Positions 10,925 to 22,744 of a stretch of 64,000 bases of DNA are shown in pieces. The notes under the pieces are model-generated. The model saw only the letters and a program-made list of their open reading frames with translations. It was not told where the DNA came from and made no database searches. Made by a program: the position numbers and the translations under genes. Position 1 is the first letter of the stretch. Each line of letters starts with the position of its first letter. The DNA is from Lepidodermella squamata (lineage: Eukaryota; Animalia; Gastrotricha), in assembly GCA_047495785.1 (NCBI GenBank), contig JBLDXI010000024.1, forward strand, positions 372,001-436,000, written 5' to 3'.

Positions 10925-13900
10925 CTACACTCGAGCGGTGGGCGACGGTTGAGAGTTGTAAGGGCCGAACTGCTGCGGTTGCTGCTGCGACTGCCCTGGC
11001 TGCAGTTGTTGAGGCTGGTACATAGGCCGAGGAGCCAGACCTGTCTGCTGCTGTGGGTAGGTGATGGTGCGGTAGTGGGAAGTACCGGCAGCGTACGGGT
11101 CTGTGCTATTGGTCAACGGAAGACGCGAAGTCACGCCCATGATAGGCTGCATCTGAAATTGCGGCTGTTGCTGTTGCTGCTGCGGCGGCGGGTACGACGG
11201 CCGCACCTGAGGACGCGCGTAGATGACTTCCGGCTGCTGCCTCGGAGGAATGTGCTGCGTTAAGGCGGCGCTCGCTGGCTGTGGCACAGGCTGCCGCATC
11301 AAAGGCTGGAATGCCCCGCCGTTATTCATCGGCTGCTGCTGCTGCCGAGTTACGGGCTGCAATAAATTATTCTGGTGCTGATATTGCTGCTGTTGCTGCT
11401 GCATTTGCACCATTTGCTGGTATTGATAGTAAGACGGCGGCTGGCGGACCCCGGTGTTTTGTTGAAGCGGGACCTGGTAGTTCAGTTGCCGAGCTGCATC
11501 TAACGTCATCACGCGGGGTGGGGACATGACGTTAGTCTGAGGGGGCAGTCTTTGATACTCTGGCGAGTGGTGGTAAGCTGCCGGCTGCTGATGGGTTTGC
11601 GAGGGCTGGCTCAGGTTAGCCGGCAGCGAATGTAACGAAGTCGCACTGGGTCTTTGCGAAGACGATTGTTGCTGTTGTTGTTGCTGCTGGACTTGTTGGT
11701 CCATCAGCATTTTTTGCTGCCTCGCTCGCTCTATGTCGTAGAAACGTTGGCGATGGTAAGTATCCGCCGGATCGCCACTTTGGTCTCGCGATTTGCCCAG
11801 CTTGAACAAACCCTTCAAACCCGAAGCAGCTGGGGCTGTGCTAGGCGCCACATTCGCAACAGGTTGTCGTTGCTGGGTTTGATACGGCGGCGTGGAGGTA
11901 ACGGTCGAAGGCACGACAGGCATGAATTGACTCGGTTGACTGAATGTTGCCGGTTGCGGCGGTGGCGGCCTCCTCTCCGGTGACCGAGAGCTGTCGTCGA
12001 AAGCCTCGTTGATCTGCGCCGGGGCTGCGGACCGGTCGACTGCAGATCGGAAACTTTGATTGAGGCTCGATTTGCGGGTGAAAGGCGAGGGCCCCGGCGG
12101 GCTGCCGAAGTTGGTCGTCGACACGGGGTTTGCCGTCGCGATGCCCGGCGATGCGACGTGCACCGCAACAGGCTGGACGAGGCGTTGATTAGGCGGCGGT
12201 AATACAACCTGCGAATTAGGTTGCTGCTGACTAACGGCAGCTGTGACAGATTCCAACGAGGTTGACCGCCTCGGTCCACCGTTACCTATTTGGCTGTAGC
12301 CACCACCAGGTTGCTTCGGCTGAGGCGCGGTAGTTTGATACGTTCTCGGCGGCGAGGTGACTCGAGAGATGGGCGATATGACTCGCGACTGGTCCGGCTC
12401 GACTGATTTCGGCCTCGCAGCTATAGTCTGCGTCGAGGCCTGGGCCACCGCTGGCTGGGTGAGCTGTTTCATCTCCAACAACCTACGGTACGCCTCGGTG
12501 CCGCGTGGGTCCTGGTAGATGTTGTGCCGTTTTTCGGACATGGACTGACGCAGAGGCGCCTCCCGCATAAAAACTTCACCCCCAGTCTCGACATCGGTCG
12601 CCGTGCCCCGCTCGTCATCGGCAGCCTCAAGCGCCTGAAATAACAAAAACAATTTTAATAAATTGTTTGCTCTGATATGTTTGTTTTGGCGGAAAAGCAA
12701 TCATTGAAAAACATCGATCTATCAAGAAGCTGCTACGTGTTTAGGTGACACATATGATAGGCAATTTTCGAATTTGAAAGGAAACGAAGCGAAACATTCA
12801 ACATTTGGCCATTTAGGGTTAAAGCGGTTGTTTCGCTTCGTTGCCACGATGAATTTTCACAGCACATAGGCATTATACCGAAAACGCGCGAACAACAACG
12901 AATAACGGGTTGAAAAAATGGGCGGCATTTATAACCTTCTTCCTAATAAATTCAAGGCCCAGCCTTGGGCCGGGCCAGATGGAGACGCCGCCCGGACTCG
13001 CGTCAACAAAGACGGCGGTGGTAGGCGATGATCGCTAATGTTCACATAATTCGAAATCCAATAAATGAAAAAAATTGATAGTTTCCCAGTCTCACCTGAT
13101 CTGCTGATGATGTGCTAGGCATTGCCGTTGCCTGATCTTCTTGACCAGCAGTGTTCTGCTCAGCTTGATTGCAAGCACGTGCTACCCGGATCCTGATGTA
13201 ACCAGGCCGTGGTCCGGGTACGAGAATCGCTTGTTTCAACGTATCCATGGCATCCGCGTTAGTTTTCCCGAGTAGCGACACCCCGTTGACTTCAACCAGC
13301 TGGTCATTCGGCAGCAACCTTCCATCCTTATGAGCAGCCCCGCCATGGATGATTTTCATGATGAAAATGCCAAGATCGTGTGTTAGATTTTGAGCAGTGG
13401 TTTTCGACGAGGCTTTCAACGAAACGCCCAAACCCGCCGATCCTGTGTCATTCAGTTGGATATCAAATGACAAATACTGGCGGAGGGCGGTTGGTGGGAC
13501 GGCCAAATTTTCCGACGGTTGATCCTTCGAACTCTCCGGGCCATCAACTGGTTTAACGGGCGAGGACGGCGCTGATCGATGATTTTCAGCCTCGTTCACG
13601 TCAACGAGCCGAGTGATGACTAGGTTGACAGGCGAGCCTTCCGACAAACCTTTCAAAATCGCAACAGCCTGCGGTTGAGTAAGATCTGTTATCGAACGGC
13701 CGTTGATTTCAATGATTCTATCGCCGGCCCGCAGTCGCCCGTCATTCGCCGCCACGCCTTTCGCCTGGATCTGCTTGACGACAACCTGCCGATCATTCGG
13801 GTTCGTTTCATTATCCCGGCCAGCCAACGTGAAGCCCAATCCATCAGATCCTACAAAACGGTACATATTTTTCAGTAATTAAATCATATAGCAGGTGATG

Positions 13901-16900
13901 CTTGCCTTTGACAAGCGTGATTTCAACACGCTTTCTAATTTTGCGCCCACTAGCCGTCAACGCACTCGGCTTAATGCCAAGCTTTGACTGGCTCGCATCG
14001 CTGGGCGCTGGTTGTTGCTGGGCAGTGGAAGGCGCGTCATCGACAGCCACTTGTTGATCGCTGTGAGTCTTAGGCGCAACAATGACAGGTTCGCCGTGTT
14101 CGTCAATAGGCGTCGTCGTCAACTGGGCTGCGCAGTTCTTGCGAACAACAGCCAGCTCAAGGTAATCGGCCTGACGCTTCAACTCACTGCGAAACGTGTC
14201 TTGCGCACTGTAAAACAAATTAACATCAAAGCTAGCATGTAATTTTCAATTTACGACCAACATACTTTGTAAAAGGCATTTCTAGCAGAGACACGCCGTT
14301 GACTGCAATGATACAATCGCCCTGTGACAAGAGACCAGCGCGGCCGATGCGACCTTGAGGCTCGACTTGTTGCAAATATAGCCCCATGTGCCTGATCAAA
14401 ATTGAATTAAATTTGTAAAAAATCCAGCTCAAATTATGTTCTCATACAATTTGCTTTGCTGTAACACACGAGGTATGACATGAATTCCGAGTGCTCCAGT
14501 TTCCTGTTTCAGCTTAACGATTTCGTACTGTTCCCCAGTGACGCTGCAAATTGTAACAGGCTCGTGATGTTCGGGCGATGGCGAAATCGGGGAGGAAGAA
14601 CGCGACGAAACAGTGCTGCTCGCGCTACTGCTTCGAACTGTTTTTTTCGTGTTAACTGGCACTTGCGACTGAAGCCAACGCTCAGCGTCGGTCACGGCCG
14701 ACCGCCGAGCGGGGCCATCGCGTTGGAACGCCGACACCGGCTGCAAATGCAGCGGGATCGGGGATATTGATTTCACGTCTTTACTTTCTCTCTGTTGCGG
14801 TTTCACCGTTGGTGCTTTCTCTTCGAGTGGTATTGGAGAAGGCGGGGCGGTCAGAGACCATCTTCTGTGATTAGACACCTTCGCCTCGTTATCCAACAAT
14901 CCCGGCGGGAGCGGAGATGCGTCACCGCTCGGCGACGCGCTGCCATTAGGTAGCGGTGCCAAAACCGCCGATTCCACCTTAAGATGCGAATCGCTGCCTC
15001 GACGCACCACCAATCCACCGCCTGATGATAATCGTAAAAAATAATTATTTTAGGATCTCAGTCAACAACACTTTTATCGCTCGCGCAACAACGCCCGCCA
15101 TATCGCAAGTAATTATTGCCCAACGCATGCTATGTTTGTTTATTAGCCACTGGTTTGTTGCCCTTATGATGGCAGTAGGATTTTTATCACCGAAACATAC
15201 ACGCGTTTTGAGCGTTGAGCCACCCAACAAACCACGCCCACATGTCGGTACACAGGCCATTGAAGTAGGACGGCGGCGGCGGCGCAATCGCGGCGCAGAT
15301 AAAAAGGCTGTTAATGCTAAATATACAAACAAAAAGGCAATGAGTCAGCTTCGTAGCTGCTCGCCCAAGTGTTTTTCTACTTTGAATTTTTAACGAGACA
15401 CCGAGTTTCGGAGGGACTGAAACCTTTGAATTGAATTTGAATTGAAACAACAAATGCGCAACAAACAATGCTGTTCTGCAAATAATGGATGCTGGAAAGC
15501 TCGGCCGCTGTTACTGCCAAATTACATGCCTTTCAGCCGGTCGCCGGACAGCCACAGCAGAAGAAAGTCCCGCGAGCGCATGAGCACACACTCGCACTCG
15601 CTCCCGTAATTTATTGACTGAGACTGTGCGTTGTTGGGCACTACAACTAATGCGCCGCGAATAAACATAAATAACAACACGCCACTCCGGCGACTGCTAC
15701 CTACGCCTAGAATAAATACCATCGTGGAATCTCCCGAGTTACGCGCGCGCGCGAGCGAGCGTTGGAATTAATTAATTGCGGTTGTTTTTTCTCGGATCAA
15801 CAAACTAACTTTTTGACGGGCTGAAATCAGCCTCGCTAACGACAACACCAACGTTGAGTTGTTCCTTTTTCAAATTTTCCGAGCTGCCGCCGAACTTGTT
15901 GTTATTATGATGACCATGCCCGTTGTGCCGCACCACAGCCGGAACTTTATTCGCACCTGGGCGGGTTTGGCCGTTCGTCCGGCTGCTGGGCACGTCGCCA
16001 CTGCTCGCACTGCTAGTGATGCTGTTGTCCAAATTAACCGGTGGGCCAGTACCATTTGAATACGCCGCGGCTAAATTGCTACTATTAGCGTTGCCATTAG
16101 CGTCGAGGAACGACGCATACTCCTCGTAGACCGCGATCACCTGAAAACATCAAATTGCAATTATTATTGCCGCAACAACAGATATCAATATGTAATGACA
16201 TGAAGCGCTACAATAACACCGCGCGGTCGGGGAGTAGTTCACACTTTCCTTCTCCTCAATTACCTGTCACTTAACGACAGTCTCGCGCGGGCAGAAGTGA
16301 CTCCTTCCGGCCGGCGCGCAAAAAGAAACGTGAAGGCACTCTTTCATCTATGAGTCTATGAGCTCCTTTACGCATATCCCATGCGTATAGATGGAGCATG
16401 CCAAATAAATAGACGACAGAAACACGGTGTCGAACGAGGCAAGAGTAAACCAGGTCGCACGCTGTATACCATCACCGCGTAGATGGAGACAATATGGATA
16501 TTGTGTAGGTTTGTTGATGTGGCTTAGCAAAGGAATTTAGCGCAGCCAGCGAATAAGGAGAAATGCCAACACTAATAACAATAACAACGACTAGGGACCT
16601 CGTCGCGAACAAACAAATAAAACAGTGTGACATAAAAACCCTGGCAGCGGCTACGTAGTCGGTTAATACAGTCGGTCGGAGCAGGAAGACACAAGTAAAA
16701 CAGTGATGATCTCAAAGAGAGAGAGACAGATACTGCGTTAGCATAAAAACAGCAACAGCGGCAAAATCTCAAGACCTACTCGAGTTGATAGTCTGCATCG
16801 CCGCAGATTCAAACTCGCATGTCAAGGCACAGACTCGCCGCAGGTTTCGTCAATCCTAGTCTGCTTTGAAATAAAGCGCTGTTACCATCAATCATCTCAG

Positions 16901-17392
16901 TTATCATCATTGCAAACAGCCGCAAGTTAATTCTGTCAATTCAACTAGTTTTCACAAGATGCGTAACGAGAGTCAACGGCTTACGGGCAAAATAAGTTTC
17001 AATAATAACAAGCGGATATTGTGATGTACCTGTTCACGGTCATCCAAAACGTCGCGCAGTAAATCGTCGTCGTCAAGTATCGCTCCATTCGTCTGAGTTT
17101 TGAGGTGCGAAATAGCAACCTGATGAAGCGATGGCTGAAATACGGAAATTAAAAAGTAATCAGAGTACAAACTCAATTTCCGAGTCACAGGTAGTAAATA
17201 ACAACAAATTTTACACGGTGAAAAGGAAAACAAGGAACAATAAGCAAAACGGAACTCTTAAATTACCTTTTTGGTTGCCTTCTTGTAGCGAATGCAGCTT
17301 TTTTCGACCAAATCTCTGACACAGTCGTCGGGATTACATGGAATGATTAACTTTAATTGCCCGAACACCACTGTGATCTTAAAAGTGGTCAT
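10925..17392 (-). CDS. PARD3: Partitioning defective 3 / Bazooka polarity scaffold
   Basis: CR1 MTTFKITVVFGQLKLIIPC..GAILDDDDLLRDVLDDREQVIAVYEE. Par1/14-3-3 site VRRGSD. Three PDZ domains (GALGIHV; GSDGLGFTLAGRD; DTGSAGLGVSLK). aPKC-binding CR3 FMREAPLRQSMSEKR, then RRSTSLES, SFRSAVD and a Q/P-rich tail. Confidence 0.93.
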
Positions 17393-20153
17393 GAAACCTT
17401 CATAACCTATGATAATTGATAAAATACAATATGCAATGTAGGGAAATGCAAATGAGATTGAGATTGAGAGCTGATATTCAAATTTCAAACCGGCATAGGC
17501 TAGCCTGTGAACTAGATAATCATGTCAGGGGTAAGGGCCAGCAATGATTGTCAAAATTATATTTGCACGTTAGAAGCACCAAGTGGTTGTAACTGACGAA
17601 GTGAAATTCATCAAGTTTTACGGGGGATAAGTCAGTCAGGAAAAACAACTCGAAAATATGTCGTCTTCGACCAAAGCCTCTTTTTAGGTGAATTTTAGGC
17701 TACCCTACTATTCGAGGAATTGCGTTTTATTAGAGAGTCAAAGGTAACATTTGAAAACTAAACGATTTTCCAACCCTTCATCTGATAAAATAAAGCTGAT
17801 AAAGTCATTCAAAATTAAAAACTCCGACGAGTATCGCGTCGAAGAAACAAGAAAAACGCAAAACGAAGCAACGCAGTACGCAAGTAGAATATAGTCACTC
17901 AGCTAATAAAAACACGATGCACGATGCCATGTTATATGCACAGTGCACAGCCGTATTGTGTAATTTCCGATAGACTTTAATGCAGCAACGTTGGAAACCA
18001 ATTTCAGACGACTCGAGTCGTTTGGAAGAACAAGCTTGAGCTTTAATGGGTTGTACGATAACTCATACTAAGTTTACAGGGATGATGGAATAAGGCAATT
18101 CTCAAGGAAAGGATAAACTCGACGCTGATAGGGGAGGGAGATACTTCCATCAATCAGCTGGCAGGGGGTGATCCTAAACTATGGACGAATCTATTCCATC
18201 AACCATCAATTCGATGGCCCATTTCGATTAATACTGATTGATAAAGATTAATGGTTTAATATTTTGTCATCTACTAAAGAAAAGTCAAAAGCGTTGCCAT
18301 AAAATCTGCATTAATAGTACTGATGGGTTCGATTAAGCTGTTTTCCTGGCATTGGGCAAATTTCCCTAGTTGGTGCCTAGCAAAGGAAATTGTCAATGAC
18401 AGTATATTCAATATCCAATATCCTTAATTCCGCGAATGAAGCGATGCATCTCAGAACTCAGGATTTGAACCTATGAAAAATGGTGGGTTGAAGCTTGAAG
18501 CGACGATATCATAATTTGTTTAGCTGCAACGGGCGCAAGGGAAACACCTATATTCCTGATTTAGCAGCGGAGTTTATTAATAAGCATCTAAACTAAGAAA
18601 AAAACATATCCGACATACAAAGACAAATACTAAGCGACAAGTCTCGGTTCTTAGTTGACGGGTCTCAAGTCTTAAGTCATATTTGAAAGACGCGGACGTT
18701 GAAAGTCGGATGGTGACCTAAAATGTATGAAATTTGAAGAATTATTTCAAGATTGCAGTGCTGATACATGACGGCCGGAAGAGAAAAGAGAGTAGGAGTT
18801 TTTGAGAGCAATCCATCATTCCTAAGCAATATCTCATCGCCAAGCCAAGTCGCCCCTCATCCTCATTTTTTTCAGATTACCAGTTTCGCTTCAAAATTTT
18901 AAATCGAGTTGTGTCAAGGTCATTATCAAATTTATCATAATTAATAATAAAAAGCTAATTTAATAAATTTTCTGACGAAAATATTAATGCTTACTGCTTA
19001 AATATATCACATGCTTTTCTTGAAAATTGTCAATTTTTTCGAGGTTCCAGCGTCCACGTCCATCGTCCCACTCACGTTGGTTTACGCCGGCACCTAGCTC
19101 GTGAGACTTGGGACATAGCCCGTCAACTTTCAAAGGCTAACCGTTAGTCGTACCGCATCCACACGGCACCATCACTATGTCGACTGTGGGTGGGCTGAAC
19201 TGCTGATCTCACACTGAGAACGCTCTCAGCCAAGCCAAGCCACATTCCCCAAGCACCAAGGCGAGCTGCAACTTGGCCTCTACCTTCATGTCTACCTTAT
19301 CTCCAACTGAGAATTTAGATGGCGCGAGCCATTCGACGCGTATCGTCTCCTGGCACCATCTTAATCTGAAACTTTCGATTTAGGGGGCGCTTTCACCCAG
19401 GCTGTCACTTCCGTAGAAGTGATTCCTCTGATGGCTCTGAACCGGCAGCTTGGGCCCTTCCCCATGCCGCCTCCCTAACTATCCACTCTCCTCCCCAAGT
19501 GTGTGTAACCGTTGCAAGATCAACTAGATATGCTTCCATTCTGTCTGGTTCTGCCTGGCATATGGGGATCCGCTTCCAACCCCTGAATATTATTATTTTT
19601 AGATATGCGCCTCTCTGTTTTCCAGCTGCATTGCTTGTGAACATTGTTTGTAAGTGCAGGAAACAAGGAACAGCAAGTAAAAGAGTAATTCCCCTCAATT
19701 ATAGATGGTCAAAACTTGAAACTCGACTCGGTGGCGATATGCGAACTTCAAAGCGATGAGCGACGCGTCGGGACGTGAATGATGAAAAAACCGGCATCGA
19801 AGGCACAGTGTTCTGTTTTTTCTGCTGATTTCCTTTCATATGTGCGGTAATGTTGAATAAAGCCAACTAAGACGATTGATATCGCCAGTCAAAATAATTT
19901 TATTTTGAATTTGACAATTTTCAAAAGTTCATATTTCACAGGGAAGTCTTCGCAATACTATCTTTTTATTTTATGCAATCGGCAGTATTCAACTAAAATT
20001 TAATCACAGGCATCACTTTGAAATCAATAAATTCATGATATACCATTCCACACAGCTTGAATGAAGAAGATCGAACCTTTAATCGTAAGAATTGCCATCA
20101 AAGATTACACGTCGTTTCATAAACGTATCATTTATAAAACATATTATGTTAAG

Positions 20154-21170
20154 CTAAGCACATAGAGATGGTTGGATTTTTTCTAAAAGCTCCACAACTT
20201 TAGTCCGTTTAGCACCAATGGCTGTTTCAAGCGGACTGCGGCCTTTTTTGTCGCGCAAATTCAGAAGATTTGGATCGATGACAAGCAAATATTCAACAAC
20301 ATTCGGGTGACCGAATCGAGCAGCTAGGTGAATAATCGTTTGCTCATCATCGTCAGCATTGCTCCGGGCATATATATTAGCGCCTCGCTCAATCAAGTAT
20401 TTAACAGCATCCAAATGACCCATACTGGCTGATTGGAGTATGGGCGTTCTGCCGACCCTACCAGCAGTTTCAATGTTGGCACCAAATTTATCCAAAACCA
20501 ACTTGATCACCGGCACATGGCCTCCTAACGCAGCATAACAAATCAGAGTATCGTTATGAATATTTGTCGTGGAAGCTAGTTTCGGTTCAACCGAAATAAG
20601 GTACTCAACAGTTCCAACAAATCCAAATACAGCAGCGAGATAAACGGCATTTTTCTCAAAATCAATATTGTTACTTTTCGCCATAATATTCGCGCCAGCT
20701 TTGAGAAGAATTTTCACCGTATCCAAGTGACCATTGGCTGAAGCTCGCAACAGGGGAGTCCGATCTCGGTAACCAGGTGCTTCGATATTTGCGCCTCGTT
20801 GAAGCAATAACTTAACAACTTCGGTTCGGCCATTGTAGGCCGCACGTGACAACGGCGTGTCGTTATCCTTATCCCTAGCTTCGAGATGTTCGGGGACAAT
20901 ATCTAAAAAAAACCTGACAACTTCTACGTGCCCATATTCAGCCGCCAAGTGGATAGCCAATGACAAATTGTCCGTTACATAACTTTGAGCGTTTACATTG
21001 GCTCCTTTCAGGACAAGTAGCTTAACAACATCGACGGCTCCATTCGCAGCTGCCTGCAACAAACCAGTTCTGCCAAGGGTATTTTTATGTTCCAAGGTGT
21101 CAGGCCGAGTGTCGACGAAGCACTCGACAATCAAAGGATTGCCAGTGGACACAGCTTGATGAATTGACAT
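20154..21170 (-). CDS. Intronless ankyrin-repeat-only protein (~10 repeats, 338 aa)
   Basis: Uninterrupted ORF with repeated TPL..AA..G...VVK.LL..GAN motifs and an in-frame stop just upstream of the ATG. Confidence 0.9.
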   Translation of the reverse strand: MSIHQAVSTGNPLIVECFVDTRPDTLEHKNTLGRTGLLQAAANGAVDVVKLLVLKGANVNAQSYVTDNLSLAIHLAAEYGHVEVVRFFLDIVPEHLEARDKDNDTPLSRAAYNGRTEVVKLLLQRGANIEAPGYRDRTPLLRASANGHLDTVKILLKAGANIMAKSNNIDFEKNAVYLAAVFGFVGTVEYLISVEPKLASTTNIHNDTLICYAALGGHVPVIKLVLDKFGANIETAGRVGRTPILQSASMGHLDAVKYLIERGANIYARSNADDDEQTIIHLAARFGHPNVVEYLLVIDPNLLNLRDKKGRSPLETAIGAKRTKVVELLEKIQPSLCA

Positions 21171-22744
21171 GCTTCAGCCCACCATTACTTAGTTGTTAAG
21201 GCTCCACAACCGAGTTAACTGACTAGTATATACCTATCATATGAATAAAAAAAACTCATCGTAAACGCCTCGTCTAGCGTGTTTCTCGCATCTTTCATCA
21301 TATATATATAAGAATAATGTAATCCAACCGCAACAAAATACTAGTTCGGTGAAACCCTGTAGCCAAAACAACACATTGACAGGAAGTATTCTTTGTATTT
21401 TTGCCACGAACGTTTAAATTCGTCCGCATAAATTCGCTTCAAACAACCAAAATACAGTCAATTTCACTTCACACTGCTGTGACGTATACAATAGAGGCGA
21501 AATTGTCATAAACATTTTCATTATAGAGTAGAAACAAGAACATCAATCAAATGCAGCAATGACAGTTCCCCAGCTTCGGATGAATGGAATTCAAACGCAG
21601 TTTACGGAAATGATGCTGCAATTAGCTTCAAGTACAGCACGCAGTTTAGAAAATAAATTCTCGAACACTGAAAATCATGAGTAATGCGCCAAGAGTTTGC
21701 TACGCCTAATACGAACAAGAAAAGCAAGAGGAGTCCGGCATCAAGAATTAACAGAAAACATAACCGGCAATGCTCCTATATATCAATTCGATAGTTTAGA
21801 TAATTGAACCTAATCGAATTTTTAGCCAGCGTAATGAATTAATAACAACGGTATCGATTCATGTCACAAATGTGAAAAAATGAATTTTCAATCCGAACTG
21901 TAATCACAATACTGCGCTTTCACATACTTAGCGCCGTTTTTTAGTAATTTAAGATAAAAATTCTCTCTTAACTCAAGAATTCGACAAATTATTCATTCAA
22001 CTTAAAAAGAAAGAGCGTCGAGTATGACAATACAATCAATCAACATAAGTAATATTGCGCGATTTTCGGGCCAACTCGTCATTCCAGAGGATCACGTATT
22101 CACACAGAATATAAGCAAAGAATAGCAATAAAACAGTGAGTTGTAACGCAGTCAACGGACGAGGTTCGGCATTTAGATATCTGTACATTAACCGATAGCA
22201 TGGTATTGAGATGGGACAGAGGTAATTATATGTCACAATTGAATATCGAACTCGGCGAAGCAAATCAGCAAATTGTGAATTTAGCTCTAACAATTTTTCA
22301 CTTGGTGTTTCACCATTCTTATCGCAGTTTCGCCTTCTACCTCAAGTATTGCGCAGCAAGCATACAAAGTGTTCGGATCGTAACGGTTAGCATTTATTCT
22401 TTATATGATTTGTATAAAAATAATATTGGTAAATTTACAATAACAATAACAGTGTAATCAAACGAGTAAAAGGCACAATAATTACTGAAAACGCATTTGT
22501 AGGTCATTAGTTTTCGATTTCAGGAGCTATTCCCACTTTTACACAAGTCTCCAATAACAATAATTTCTATCTCCATAAACAATTTGAGACAACAAGAAGT
22601 CAGGTATAAGTGTCGTGCTCTCCTTAACAACGTTATGACACTCTTAACATCAACTCTATAAGATACAACGCAAAAAAATAGAACGACTATTAAGTGAGTG
22701 TTTTCAATTGCAGTTTTGTTAGTATATTCTTTGGCATTTATCGA

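Noticed and set aside
18080-18340. Faint RT-like words on the minus strand (DF..AFD-like)
   Set aside because: Needs several frameshifts and stops; too degraded to support without an HMM search.
18459-18472. tRNA B-box-like AGGTTCAAATCCTG on the minus strand
   Set aside because: No cloverleaf or A-box could be built around it; chance or an unrecognisable SINE relic.
19040-19760. GC-richer block with short ORFs between Par3 and the ankyrin gene
   Set aside because: Possibly a transposon remnant, but no recognisable domain, terminal repeat or splice-consistent model.
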